Positions 38,291 through 49,233 of a stretch of DNA of 64,000 nucleotides are shown in pieces. This DNA is from Candidatus Caenarcanales bacterium (GTDB lineage Bacteria > Cyanobacteriota > Vampirovibrionia > LMEP-6097). Both the position numbers and the translations under genes were made by a program. Position 1 is the stretch's first letter. Every line of letters starts with the position of its first letter. Where the stretch lies: assembly GCA_013216135.1 (NCBI GenBank), contig JABSOS010000016.1:6718-70717 (forward strand), written 5' to 3'. The notes below the pieces were generated by a model. The model ran no database searches. It was not told the DNA's origin and worked only from the letters and a program-made list of their open reading frames with translations.

Positions 38291-39105
38291 GCTTTTTCAT
38301 CAAAACTATTCATCTGTCTTTTCATAGACTTGGTTTTAGTTTTTAATTCAGTTAAAGATTTATATAAATCCTCTAACTTCTTCTCTGACTTAGTTATAGT
38401 GAGGTCTAAGTCCTCAAAGTTTTGGGTTAATAGTTCTATAGAATCATAGAAATTCTGGTAAGTACCTTCTAACTGAGAGTATTTAAAACATAATGAAACT
38501 GAATTAATTAAAGCTGAAAGGCTTGATGGGCTTGCAATTAGAATTTTGTATTCTCCTCTAAGCTGCTCTATGAAAGCTATATTTTGAATTAATAAATAGT
38601 ATAAAGATTCTATTGGTAGGAAAATAATCGCAAAATCTGTTGTATAAGGGGGCTTGATATATTTTTCACGAATCGATTTAGCTTCTACTTTAATTTTAGA
38701 TTCGATCTTTTTTATATATTTCTTTGCATTTTGATAGTTAATTTCTTCATTTGAGTTGAGGAAGTTCATGTAATCTTCTAAAGGTAATTTAGAATCGATG
38801 GGTAATAATATTGAATTATTATTTGCTGTTGGGATTTTCACAGCAGCATCTACAATAAAATCTGATTTCGGTTCTATATGGCACTGTAAATCAAACTGAG
38901 AAGAGGAAAGAGTTTCATTTAGTAAGTTTGCTAACTGCTCTTCTCCCCAAATGCCTTGGTTTTTAATATTTGAGAAGAAGTTTTTTACGTGAAGATCCTT
39001 ATTATTCTGAGTATTGCTTAGATTTTTTATCCAGAAAATAAGGCAAATAATTGCAAAAGCATTAAAGGACAATAATAAATTCGTAAAATTCAAAAAATCA
39101 GTCAT
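38281..39105 (-). CDS. rmuC: RmuC-family DNA recombination protein (short form)
   Basis: N-terminal TM; 'NQGIWGEEQLANLL' (RGxWGE-like), 'LPIDSKLPLEDY' (DAK.PLE.Y-like), 'AIIFLPIESLYY'. Confidence 0.5.
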   Translation of the reverse strand: MTDFLNFTNLLLSFNAFAIICLIFWIKNLSNTQNNKDLHVKNFFSNIKNQGIWGEEQLANLLNETLSSSQFDLQCHIEPKSDFIVDAAVKIPTANNNSILLPIDSKLPLEDYMNFLNSNEEINYQNAKKYIKKIESKIKVEAKSIREKYIKPPYTTDFAIIFLPIESLYYLLIQNIAFIEQLRGEYKILIASPSSLSALINSVSLCFKYSQLEGTYQNFYDSIELLTQNFEDLDLTITKSEKKLEDLYKSLTELKTKTKSMKRQMNSFDEKAYT

Positions 39106-39159
39106 TAAACATAGCTCGAAACTACTTATAACAATAACCTAAAAGCTCAGGCATATCCT

Positions 39160-39633
39160 TTAATTAATAAATTGATTCCAAATTTGAGTACTCGCTTGAG
39201 GACTAAAATCATCATAATCTCTATAATCATTACTAAAATCCAAAGTCTCTTGGGTAAAAATATCTCTTTGCTTTTCTTTTAACTTTCCAGATTCAACACC
39301 TGCTTCAAATGCTAACTCATCGACATTTGCAACTTGAACTTTAGGGTCAGCGATTTTTTGGAAAATTTCAGTCATTTGATCTGAGTTTAAACCGTAAGTG
39401 GATGCCCCTCTGTCTTTTAGAAATTCAGCAGCAACAGCCAGTTGTCTATAATTCTCAGCATTAGTACCTTCAGGTAATTCAATCTTACTTGAGTCAATTC
39501 CAATTTTTCCTAATGTCTCATTGATATCACTTTTATAAGAATTTATGAATGCTCCCTCATCTCCCCCACGAACTAATCTTTTATTGTTTAAAACTTGGTT
39601 AACTATAACTAAATCGTTTCTAAAATCTGACAT
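39160..39633 (-). CDS. hypothetical protein
   Basis: 157 aa ORF. Confidence 0.45.
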   Translation of the reverse strand: MSDFRNDLVIVNQVLNNKRLVRGGDEGAFINSYKSDINETLGKIGIDSSKIELPEGTNAENYRQLAVAAEFLKDRGASTYGLNSDQMTEIFQKIADPKVQVANVDELAFEAGVESGKLKEKQRDIFTQETLDFSNDYRDYDDFSPQASTQIWNQFIN

Positions 39634-39708
39634 ATACTTATCTCCTTATTATCAAATATCTTCTATAGATAAAAAGCATTTCAATAAAAAGTTATATATG
39701 TAATACTC

Positions 39709-40254
39709 TTAGATTTTAAAAGTCTCAATAAACTGCTCAATCTCAGGTCTAGCAGAAGACATTTCATCTTTCGGACCCAAAGCTTTAAAGAACCATTTTC
39801 CTTCTTCCACTTCTGCCACGATTGCATACATAGCATAAGCATCTAAAATTTCTTTTTTAGCACCTGGATTAAATGGATTTGAAGATTTTTTAAAATCTCC
39901 CTCCATATAAAACTCCGTAAGTGGAATAGCTTTAAAGTTATACTGCTCTAGCAGTAATTCTTTTTTAGACTGATTAGCCATGAATTGGTTTTTCCATCTA
40001 GCTATGTTTTCATCTACTGTTCCAGCAGAACCTGGTAAAAAATAGACAGCAAGCTCAGAATTTTCTGAAATCTGAAATTGCTCTAATCTCATGAAGTTCT
40101 CTGGGGTACCTAATTCCCAGTTTTCCAAAGCTTGATATTGAATCGGACCTACTGGTAAATGTGAAATATCATACTTTGATCTAACATCGTTACCTGAGCA
40201 TGAATAACTCAAGAGAACTAGCAATATTAATAGCCAAGAAAAGCTTTTTTTCAT
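39709..40254 (-). CDS. hypothetical exported/lipoprotein
   Basis: signal peptide 'MKKSFSWLLILLVLLSYSCSG'. Confidence 0.5.
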   Translation of the reverse strand: MKKSFSWLLILLVLLSYSCSGNDVRSKYDISHLPVGPIQYQALENWELGTPENFMRLEQFQISENSELAVYFLPGSAGTVDENIARWKNQFMANQSKKELLLEQYNFKAIPLTEFYMEGDFKKSSNPFNPGAKKEILDAYAMYAIVAEVEEGKWFFKALGPKDEMSSARPEIEQFIETFKI

Positions 40255-40271
40255 ATATTTTCAGTATAACT

Positions 40272-40454
40272 CTATTCTTCAAAAGCTTGAGTAGCATCTC
40301 TAAAATCAGCTACATCTACACGCTTTTTCTTAAAATTTCGGCTTAAATCTCGGTCTCTTTTTTCTAAAATCAGTTTAAGTCTAAGCTTCTGCCCATCTAA
40401 ATGTGGGTTACTTTTCATATATAATTCTATAAGCTCCTCACTTCTCATACGCAC
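40272..40454 (-). CDS. small hypothetical protein (60 aa)
   Basis: short basic ORF; weak. Confidence 0.25.
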   Translation of the reverse strand: MRMRSEELIELYMKSNPHLDGQKLRLKLILEKRDRDLSRNFKKKRVDVADFRDATQAFEE

Positions 40455-40535
40455 TCTCCTTCCATTAAGAAATGTATTTGATAATACAAAGAGTGATTTT
40501 GAGAAATTTGATAAAAATTTTTAAATTAATTCAAA

Positions 40536-41339
40536 TTATTCATCTAATTCATATTTTCTATTCGTATCTAAGAACTGGATTGTTTCTTCAGCTTCATTAA
40601 CAACCTGACCATACTCATCGAATTCAGCCCCAGCTAAATTATCAGGCTCCCTATTTGCTGCTTTTGTAGGGTTATTATCGACTCTATTTACAGCTTCTCT
40701 ATCCATGTCAGCTTCAATTTCATTAGGGTCTAAAACCTTTTGTTTTACTCCATTTACGACTTGAACAATAGAATCAGTACCTTCAGTTATAGTTAATTCA
40801 CCATTTTTTTCTTCAAGCCTGCCTTCTCTATCTAAAATTTCAGCCTCAATTCTATTGAGATCAACTTCTAACGCAGCATTAAGTTTCATGCTTGGGTTTT
40901 CAGAAAAACTTTGATTAATAGCATCAGCATACTCAAAACCAGCCTCGTTTAAATCATTTGGGGCTTGTGGATCTAAAGCTTTTAAAACCTCTATACTTAA
41001 AGCTGTTTTATTAACATCATTTGTCTCTTCATTATCAAATAAACCAGTATTTATCTCTCCAGATCTATCATTACCAGCTTCAGCTATCTCATAAGTTCTT
41101 TCAACTAAAGCTCCTAAACTATCGATACCATCAGTATTGGCTCCTGCAAGTGCCAGTAAAAACTCTTTAGTGTTCTCTAAATCACTTATTTCATTCTTTA
41201 ATATATTAATTTTGCCATTGAGTTTACCTATTTTCCCTAACTTTTCATGATGTGCAAACTCTTTGACTTCATTTAACTTAGTATTTTTGTTACTAGTTTG
41301 ATTATTAGTATCGATACCTCTCTGTGCGACTTTCATCAC
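40536..41339 (-). CDS. hypothetical acidic protein
   Basis: 267 aa ORF, low complexity. Confidence 0.45.
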   Translation of the reverse strand: MMKVAQRGIDTNNQTSNKNTKLNEVKEFAHHEKLGKIGKLNGKINILKNEISDLENTKEFLLALAGANTDGIDSLGALVERTYEIAEAGNDRSGEINTGLFDNEETNDVNKTALSIEVLKALDPQAPNDLNEAGFEYADAINQSFSENPSMKLNAALEVDLNRIEAEILDREGRLEEKNGELTITEGTDSIVQVVNGVKQKVLDPNEIEADMDREAVNRVDNNPTKAANREPDNLAGAEFDEYGQVVNEAEETIQFLDTNRKYELDE

Positions 41340-41501
41340 TGGCTCCTTTTCACTATTAAATTGTCAAAAAACTTCTAAAACGCCTATATTTAGGACTTAC
41401 TTATTACATGTATATTATGACAGTTTATTCTTAAGTTTAGGTTATGAACAATATTTAATAAGATTTATCTATCAAAATAGAGTAAGATAAATCGTGATAC
41501 G

Positions 41502-43331
41502 ATGCCTCCAAAAACTGAAAATATTAGAAATATCGCGATTATCGCCCACGTTGACCACGGAAAGACTACTCTTTTAGATGCTATTTTAGAGCAGACTAAT
41601 TGCTTTGCTGAACATAAAGAACACGAAGTTTGTGTCATGGATAGTAACCCTCTTGAAAAAGAGCGTGGAATTACGATCCTGAGCAAGAACACTTCTGTTA
41701 AATATAAAGACCAAACTATCAATATCGTAGATACCCCTGGTCACTCGGACTTTGGTGGTGAAGTAGAACGTGTTCTAGGTATGGTTCAAGGTTGTTTACT
41801 TTTAGTAGACGCGTTTGAAGGACCTATGCCTCAGACTAGATTCGTGCTAAAGAAAGCTTTTGAACAAGGTTTAAAACCTATTTTAGTTATCAATAAAGTT
41901 GATAAGCCTAATTCTGATCCAGCAAGAGTAATCGATGAAGTTCTTGAACTTTTCATCGACTTAGGTGCTGATGATGATCAAATCGAATTCCCAATAGTCT
42001 ATGCTTCTGGTGTAAATGGTATGGCTAAAGCTGAACTTGAAGATGAAGATGCTGGCATGGAAGTAATTTTAGACACTATCCTTAAAGAAGTTCCTCCTCC
42101 AGAAGGTAATGTTGAAGAGCCTTTCTTATTCCAAACCGTAAGTTTAGACTCTAATGAATACCTAGGAAGATTACTTGTAGGGAGAATTTTAAACGGTACT
42201 ATCTCAGTTAACCAACAAATGAACCTTATCAAAACTGATGAAGACGGTGAAAAGAGTATCTCTAAAAAGAAAATCGCTAAGATCTATGGTTTCCATGGTT
42301 TAGAGAAGATTGAACTAGAAACAGCAAGCGCTGGAATGATAGTTATGATCGCTGGTATGCCAGAAGGTAACATCGGAGATACTGTTTGTGACCCAACTTT
42401 AACTGAAGCACTGCCTTCAATTAAAGTTGACGAGCCTACTTTAGAAATGATCTTCTCAGTAAACTCTAGTCCATTTGCTGGTTTAGAAGGAAAATTCGTA
42501 ACTTCAAGACAGATAAAAGATAGACTTGATAAAGAATTAGAAACGAATGTAGCTTTAAAAGTTACTCCTACAGAGAACACTGATTCATTCTTAGTAGCGG
42601 GTCGTGGTGAACTTCACTTAGGTATTCTTATCGAAACTATGAGAAGAGAAGGATACGAATTCCAAGTAGGGAAACCAAGAGTTATCCAGAAAAATGTAGA
42701 CGGTAAAATACACGAGCCATTTGAAGAATTGATTATAGATGTAGAAGATGAGTTCTCTGGTGCTTGTATCGAAAGACTTGGAAAAAGAAAAGCTGAAATG
42801 ACTTTCATGAACACTCTTCATGGACGTACTCTTCTTAAATTCTTAGTTCCAACTCGTGGTCTAATCGGTTTCAGCACTGAGTTCATAAGAATCACAAAAG
42901 GTACTGGTATCATGACTCACTCTTACTATGAGTACAAGCCATATGCTGGTGACATCGATAAAGTGAGAATGGGTGTACTAGTGAACCTTGAAGAGGGAGC
43001 CGCTACCAGTTATGCTCTTGAAAACTTCTCAGACAGAGGTGTTTTCTTCGTTAAGCCTACAGATAAAGTCTACAAAGGAATGATAGTCGGTGAAGCAAAC
43101 AAAGTTCAAGACATCGAACTTAACCTTACTAAAGAAAAAGCGCTTACTAACATGAGATCAGCTGGAGCTGATGTTTTAGTTCAGTTAAAAGCTCCTCGCC
43201 AAGTGAAATTAGAAGAGGCTTTAGTTTACATTAATGATGAAGAGTTAGTTGAAATTACTCCTGAGAACATTCGTCTACGTAAGAAGATTCTTGATAAGAA
43301 AGCTCATCGTAAGAATGCGATGATGGGGTAG
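41502..43331 (+). CDS. typA: translational GTPase TypA/BipA
   Basis: 'IRNIAIIAHVDHGKTTL', 'DTPGHSDFGGEVER', 'NKVDK' G-motifs; 609 aa. Confidence 0.9.
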   Translation: MPPKTENIRNIAIIAHVDHGKTTLLDAILEQTNCFAEHKEHEVCVMDSNPLEKERGITILSKNTSVKYKDQTINIVDTPGHSDFGGEVERVLGMVQGCLLLVDAFEGPMPQTRFVLKKAFEQGLKPILVINKVDKPNSDPARVIDEVLELFIDLGADDDQIEFPIVYASGVNGMAKAELEDEDAGMEVILDTILKEVPPPEGNVEEPFLFQTVSLDSNEYLGRLLVGRILNGTISVNQQMNLIKTDEDGEKSISKKKIAKIYGFHGLEKIELETASAGMIVMIAGMPEGNIGDTVCDPTLTEALPSIKVDEPTLEMIFSVNSSPFAGLEGKFVTSRQIKDRLDKELETNVALKVTPTENTDSFLVAGRGELHLGILIETMRREGYEFQVGKPRVIQKNVDGKIHEPFEELIIDVEDEFSGACIERLGKRKAEMTFMNTLHGRTLLKFLVPTRGLIGFSTEFIRITKGTGIMTHSYYEYKPYAGDIDKVRMGVLVNLEEGAATSYALENFSDRGVFFVKPTDKVYKGMIVGEANKVQDIELNLTKEKALTNMRSAGADVLVQLKAPRQVKLEEALVYINDEELVEITPENIRLRKKILDKKAHRKNAMMG

Positions 43332-43349
43332 GTTTTATTTGCTGAAGCT

Positions 43350-46193
43350 ATGCATTTATATGACTTAGTCAGGGAAACGAAAGAATCACATGGTCAAAAA
43401 AGACCAGTAAATCTTTTAGACTATATGGCAAGGGATGAAGTCCCACCATCAAATATTCAAACAGATAAACTGGTTTCTAAGGAAATTTACCCAGCAAGTA
43501 CTGGATATACAGATCGAAATCAAATACATAGAAATTTAAATTACTCTCAGTTATTCAATAACTTAGAAGAAAAATTTAGCCATCTGTTACCAGCCCTCAG
43601 TCATAACAATAAAATTAGATCTAAAGACTTTCAAGGGCGTCTTCATGCTTTTTTTGAAAGTTATAAAAAAGTGCAAGATTTTTTCCAATTCCGCTTTAAA
43701 GAAGTTAAAGAAAGAGAGGAGTTACTAGAAAAATATAAAAATATTAGCTCAACAGAGGAAAAAGAGCGAATGCAAGCCATGTTCAAGCACCAAGTAGTTT
43801 CACTTGAAGCAATGAATAAAGTTTTATTTGAGATGATTCAAAAACTTGAACAAGCAAATAAAAAACTTACTTTGACAAGTGCTCAAGCTCACAAATTTAA
43901 AGATAGAACAAATAAACTTGTTCAAAATAGTCAAAAAAGTAAACAAGCTGAACAATATCAAGAGTTAATCAATAACCTCAAAGAAACTTCATCAAAAAAA
44001 GAAGAAAAAGATATTAAGAAGAAAATCAAAGCTCACCAAATAGGTAAAAATGCAATTGGTACATTTAAAAGCCTTTACAACAAATCAGTAAACTTGAATA
44101 ATGAAGAAAATTTTGGAGTATTTTCTGATGATCTAGCAAAGGCACAAAAACAAGTCTTAAAGAATTTAGCAAAGATCTTCTCATCAAAAATATCTGCTGG
44201 GTCAGATGATGATCCATATTTAGCAAACATCCTTGATGGTGAGAGATTTAAAGGAGTTTATAAACAGATACTAGATGTCTATGAACTTGCTATGGAAATA
44301 GCAATGGACAAAACAAATCCTTATGAGAGACCTAATTTTTCAGATAAATTAGTTGAATATGAAACAGTGGGTAAATCCTGGAGTGAGTTAGATAGTGAGG
44401 ATAAGGAGATTATTAATAACTATATTAAGAGATTTCAACTCACAAAATCAGAGAAAGACTTTCTTCCAGAAGGCTATGTAAAAGATCAAGAATTAAAGCA
44501 CAAAAAACAAGAAAGGAAAAAAAGAGATTTAATTTTTGCAACAGGTTACAGAACAGATCTTGTTGATGATGTCCTACCTAAATTACTTAGGAAAGATTTC
44601 AAAACTACCGTTAATATAGTGAAGGACTATGTCGAATGGCTCTATATGAATAATGTAGAACCAAATCACAAGAAGATGCCACCAGACTCAACCATTCCGA
44701 GCAATCTTAGAGTACTTGGAATTCCTAATCTTATTGAAGCTCAAAAGTCGTACTTTCCTTTTTTACCATTCAGTATGGGTGGGGTTAATGAAGACAGAGC
44801 CTTAATGACAGCTCAACTTTTAGATCAATTAACTAATAACAAGGATGTGGATAAAATTTCCAAATACTTAGAGCAAAAAGAAATTCAATTTAATAACATT
44901 GATGAGGAATTTAAAGATACAGCAAATTTTGTGGTGGAAAAAATTATCAACCCAATTTCACGTGGAGCATTTGATATCAGTGGTACTGATCTCTTAATGA
45001 TAGTTAAGGTTCCGAAAGACAAATCGAAAAAAATAAGAGATATAGATTCTGAAGATGAGTCTCTAATCGAACACAGACTTATTAAAATCCAAGTGAAAAG
45101 TTCTGAACTTGCTGTATTAATGTCAGAGAAATATAAGTATAAAGATACCCCCGCTTACCCAGGGAATCAAATCAAAGCAGATCCTAGGGAAAGAATGCAC
45201 CTCGGTGATAGGAAGTTTTCTAAATTCATAAGCGGCACTCAAGCAACATACACAGAAGAAGAAGTTGCTGAGAACTTTAGAAGAGCTGACCCTGATTTAC
45301 TATTAAAAATGATCCGTTCTGTAAACAGAAATATCGAACGTAATTTTCTTAAAATTAATAGTGAGCAAATGCAGGCTTTAGATCAGCTCATACAAGACCC
45401 TGCTTTATTTTCAGCAAAAGATCATATGATTCAAGCAAAAGTTCATGGTGCTGAAATTAAGCTGATGGAATTATTTAAAGAGCAAGGCTTACTTTCAGAT
45501 CTTGCCCTAGCCTATCAGAAATATCCAGCAAAATTAAAAGAATCACTCGAAAACCCTTACCCCAAAAATATTGATTCAGAATTTCTTGAAAAATTTCACA
45601 GATCTGCAGATATTTTAACTAGCTATTTATCTGAAAGACTTGGTCGAGATCCTGATTTCGAGTTAAGTCACGCTAATAAAAGTCTATTATTTAATGAAAT
45701 GAAAAAAGCTAAATTGGGTGAAGATTTCATTAAACCAATAATTTTTGTAATGCTAAAGTCTTTCCCAGAGAACCATCAATTTACAACAGAGGAAATGCAG
45801 TCTATAACTAACCATTATAAAGGTGTAGTTCATAACTGGAGAAGAGACTTAAGAGCTAATTTTTCAGTAAAAGATCAAGTCCTAGAGAATTACCTATCTG
45901 AAATTCTAGAAGTCACAAGACCAGAAATACAAGGTCCAGAAAAGCAAGGTTTAATGGAAGAGTTATTGACTGATAAATATCTAAAAAATATTTTCAACCC
46001 ACACTTCTTTTATTATTTAGGTACTGATCATGCAAGTGACCCTAATAATATTTTAAGCAAACTAGAACAGATGGGAAAACGTTTCAAAACACCTTTTGAG
46101 ACACCTCCTGCTAACTTAAATTTTAATTTTAGTAATAATGCAGCAGCTTCTATCCTCAATCCCAGGCGGGAAGAATTTGCAAATGCAGCCTAA
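43350..46193 (+). CDS. large hypothetical protein (947 aa), effector-like
   Basis: 18 bp after typA; helical, K/E-rich, no known motif. Confidence 0.5.
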   Translation: MHLYDLVRETKESHGQKRPVNLLDYMARDEVPPSNIQTDKLVSKEIYPASTGYTDRNQIHRNLNYSQLFNNLEEKFSHLLPALSHNNKIRSKDFQGRLHAFFESYKKVQDFFQFRFKEVKEREELLEKYKNISSTEEKERMQAMFKHQVVSLEAMNKVLFEMIQKLEQANKKLTLTSAQAHKFKDRTNKLVQNSQKSKQAEQYQELINNLKETSSKKEEKDIKKKIKAHQIGKNAIGTFKSLYNKSVNLNNEENFGVFSDDLAKAQKQVLKNLAKIFSSKISAGSDDDPYLANILDGERFKGVYKQILDVYELAMEIAMDKTNPYERPNFSDKLVEYETVGKSWSELDSEDKEIINNYIKRFQLTKSEKDFLPEGYVKDQELKHKKQERKKRDLIFATGYRTDLVDDVLPKLLRKDFKTTVNIVKDYVEWLYMNNVEPNHKKMPPDSTIPSNLRVLGIPNLIEAQKSYFPFLPFSMGGVNEDRALMTAQLLDQLTNNKDVDKISKYLEQKEIQFNNIDEEFKDTANFVVEKIINPISRGAFDISGTDLLMIVKVPKDKSKKIRDIDSEDESLIEHRLIKIQVKSSELAVLMSEKYKYKDTPAYPGNQIKADPRERMHLGDRKFSKFISGTQATYTEEEVAENFRRADPDLLLKMIRSVNRNIERNFLKINSEQMQALDQLIQDPALFSAKDHMIQAKVHGAEIKLMELFKEQGLLSDLALAYQKYPAKLKESLENPYPKNIDSEFLEKFHRSADILTSYLSERLGRDPDFELSHANKSLLFNEMKKAKLGEDFIKPIIFVMLKSFPENHQFTTEEMQSITNHYKGVVHNWRRDLRANFSVKDQVLENYLSEILEVTRPEIQGPEKQGLMEELLTDKYLKNIFNPHFFYYLGTDHASDPNNILSKLEQMGKRFKTPFETPPANLNFNFSNNAAASILNPRREEFANAA

Positions 46194-48286
46194 ACCATCT
46201 CTCTAAACTTCTCTTCAGAAAGCACTTCAACACCTAAGTCTTGAGCCTTAGTAAGCTTAGAACCAGCGTCGTCACCACAAAGTAAATATGAAGTCTTTTT
46301 GGAGACACTCGAGCTTACCTTGCCGCCATTATCCTTAATAATCTTCTCAAAGTACGACCTGCTCTCAGACAGTGTTCCAGTAATCACGAAAGTCATTCCT
46401 GCAAACTTATCAGAAAGTTCACGCTTCACTAATTCTTTAAAATCAAAGCCTAAATCAATATAATCTCGCTTAACCTGAACATAAATCTCTGATTCAAAAA
46501 AATGTTTTAAAGAGTATAAAATCTTCTCCCCAAGACCATCTAACTTTAATAAATCCACACCATGATTTCCTAGAACTTCTTTTTCAAGCTCAAAAAGGCT
46601 TGGGTAAACAGATGCTATTAACTCAGAAACATTTAAACCTACATGTTTAATTCCTAAAGCGTGTAAGAATCTATGAAAAGGTATTTCACGACTCTTCTCT
46701 AAAGCAGCTAACAAATTATTAACAGACTTTTCTGCCATACGCTCTAGAGGAGCTAAATCATCAAACTTTAGTTTATAAAGATCAAAAGGATTTTTAATTA
46801 ACTTCTCAGAGAGTAGTTGTTCTACTACTGCTGGACCTAGTCCAGCAATATCCATAGCTTTTTTCGATGCCCAGTGCTCTATTCTTCTTTGAATCTGCGC
46901 TGCACAACCTACGATATTAGGGCATCTAAGAATAGTATCTTCTTGCTCTAGAGCAGTGCCGCAGACAGGACAATGTCCAGGACGAGTAACATCAACAAGT
47001 TCTATAGTTTCACCATTAACACTTTGTCTACGTTTAGCTTCATCCACTTTAATAATCTCTGGAATGATCTCTCCAGCTTTACGTACTAAGACAAAGTCTC
47101 CGACTTTAACACCAAGTCTATCTACCTGATCAAAGTTATGAATTGTAGCTCTTTTAACTGTAGTCCCCGCCAGTAAAACTGGCTCTAAGTTAGCTACTGG
47201 AGTAATAGCACCTGTTCTACCGACTTCCATATCCACAGACAGGACATGAGTCAAAGCTTCTTCAGCACTGAATTTAAGAGCAGTCGCCCAACGTGGAGCT
47301 TTGCTTGTTTCGCCTAAAGTCTTTTGTAGATCTAATTGATTAACTTTAACTACAGCACCATCAATTTCAAAATCTAATGAATCTTTTTTCTCTTGCCATT
47401 CTTGATAAAGACTTATTACTTCCTCTATATTTTTGCAGAGATGGTTATGCTCTTTATTAACATGGAAACCCAGCTTCTCAAGGTACTCCAAAGAATTAAA
47501 ATGTTCATTAATTGAATTTGAAGAAGACTTAACTTGCTCAGTTTCAGCATAGCCTAAATTATTATAAGGAAAGTAATTATAAAAGATCGCATCTAAATTA
47601 CGCGCAGCTGTAATCTTTGGGTCAAGCTGCCTTAAAGCACCAGAAGCTGTATTACGAGGATTAGCATAAAGATCTAAACCTTCTTTTTCACGCTCAGCAT
47701 TGATTTTTTTAAAATCTTCTTTCGGTAAATAAACTTCGCCACGAATTGAAAAATCTGACTTTTCCAGTAGCTCAAGAGGAATCTCTTTAGGCAAAGACTT
47801 TATAGTCATTAAGTTAGCCGTAACATCTTCACCAACTTTCCCATTACCACGAGTAGCAGCTCGGTAGAGTTTACCATTTTTATAATCAAGCGCAATACTC
47901 AAACCATCAATCTTCAGTTCGAAAACATACTCACGAGGAGTTTCCTCGCCTATAATTCTATTAATTCTATTTTCCCAGTCTCTGATGTCCTCTTCCCCAA
48001 AGGCATTATCGAGGCTCATCATTTTTTCAAGATGATAAGTTTTAGTAAAACTAGTCTGATAAACTCCAGAACCGATCGTTTTAGTGATACTATCCGCTTC
48101 AACTAAATCTGGATGCTCTGTTTCTAAAGCTTTAAGCTCTTCTAAGTGAGCGTCATAGACTGCATCTTCAACCTCACTTATATTTTCAATATAGTACTTG
48201 TGACTCCAGTGTTTTAATTTACTTTGTAATTCTGAATATTTTTCTTTTAACAAACTTAGATCTTGCACATTTACACTCATATTCAT
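46190..48286 (-). CDS. ligA: NAD-dependent DNA ligase LigA
   Basis: adenylation 'KIDGLS' (KxDG), Zn-finger 'CPVCGT...CPN..C', HhH and BRCT regions; 698 aa. Confidence 0.9.
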   Translation of the reverse strand: MNMSVNVQDLSLLKEKYSELQSKLKHWSHKYYIENISEVEDAVYDAHLEELKALETEHPDLVEADSITKTIGSGVYQTSFTKTYHLEKMMSLDNAFGEEDIRDWENRINRIIGEETPREYVFELKIDGLSIALDYKNGKLYRAATRGNGKVGEDVTANLMTIKSLPKEIPLELLEKSDFSIRGEVYLPKEDFKKINAEREKEGLDLYANPRNTASGALRQLDPKITAARNLDAIFYNYFPYNNLGYAETEQVKSSSNSINEHFNSLEYLEKLGFHVNKEHNHLCKNIEEVISLYQEWQEKKDSLDFEIDGAVVKVNQLDLQKTLGETSKAPRWATALKFSAEEALTHVLSVDMEVGRTGAITPVANLEPVLLAGTTVKRATIHNFDQVDRLGVKVGDFVLVRKAGEIIPEIIKVDEAKRRQSVNGETIELVDVTRPGHCPVCGTALEQEDTILRCPNIVGCAAQIQRRIEHWASKKAMDIAGLGPAVVEQLLSEKLIKNPFDLYKLKFDDLAPLERMAEKSVNNLLAALEKSREIPFHRFLHALGIKHVGLNVSELIASVYPSLFELEKEVLGNHGVDLLKLDGLGEKILYSLKHFFESEIYVQVKRDYIDLGFDFKELVKRELSDKFAGMTFVITGTLSESRSYFEKIIKDNGGKVSSSVSKKTSYLLCGDDAGSKLTKAQDLGVEVLSEEKFREMV

Positions 48287-48301
48287 ATATATTTTAATTC
48301 T

Positions 48302-49207
48302 TTACGTAAGTAAATTAAATACCACTCCAAGAAAACTTATCACCAAAACCGGAAACACTGTCAAAGCGACAGCTACCCGTATATCAAAAGCCTGTTTATA
48401 AACCACTAAAGTTGTAAAGTTCACACCAGGACTTGCGGTCATAAAAGCTAAAACCGAACCTAATGCAACTCCTAGATCTAAGAATTCTGCACTCATAGCA
48501 ACATCAGCCCCAGCACATAAATAAAGCGGGAAAGCTATTAAAGACATAAAGAACGGACTAACCAATTCGTTTTGTAACAGTGCACCAGCATTCGTTAAAA
48601 CAAAATCATGATTAAAGTGCATTAAACTTGCCACTAAAACTGCAAAAATTATCCACGGTAAAAACTGTAAACTAGTTTCTTTTAAATCAGACCAGATTTT
48701 CTTTAACTTAGAAACCTTAGGACCACAACATCCCTTCTTTTTCTCTTCAGTCTCTGCAAGCTTGGCTTCAATGATACCTGCAATAGCTTCACTATAAAAT
48801 AAAGAAAATAAAAGTACATTAATCACTGCAAACAGTACCGCAAAATTAAAACGCCAAAGTGTAGATTCCCAACCTAAGACACCAAGGTTCAAAATCAAAG
48901 CAGAAATACTACAAGCGTTACCAGCAAGTAAAAAGGCTAGAATAAACTTCCAATTAAGCTTTTTCTTTAAAAGCCCTATTGCAAGCGGGATCATTCCACA
49001 TGTACATATCGGTATCAAGGCTCCTAAAACAGCTGCAACAACTAATCCTAAACTTGCTTTAAATTTAGAATCTCCAATAAAGTTATTTTCAATCTTTTCA
49101 AAATAGTTATTCGGAAGATAAAGATCTATTAATGAAGAGCATATTACCGCGATTAAAAAAACCGGTAAAATTTCCAAAAGAATATGTAAAGAATGCTTTA
49201 AAAACAC
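48302..49207 (-). CDS. predicted permease, DUF318/YraQ/ArsP-like
   Basis: 8-TM protein with 'ICTCGMIP' cysteine motif typical of that family. Confidence 0.55.
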   Translation of the reverse strand: MFLKHSLHILLEILPVFLIAVICSSLIDLYLPNNYFEKIENNFIGDSKFKASLGLVVAAVLGALIPICTCGMIPLAIGLLKKKLNWKFILAFLLAGNACSISALILNLGVLGWESTLWRFNFAVLFAVINVLLFSLFYSEAIAGIIEAKLAETEEKKKGCCGPKVSKLKKIWSDLKETSLQFLPWIIFAVLVASLMHFNHDFVLTNAGALLQNELVSPFFMSLIAFPLYLCAGADVAMSAEFLDLGVALGSVLAFMTASPGVNFTTLVVYKQAFDIRVAVALTVFPVLVISFLGVVFNLLT

Positions 49208-49233
49208 TTTCTACAAGTATATCAAGAACAGAC

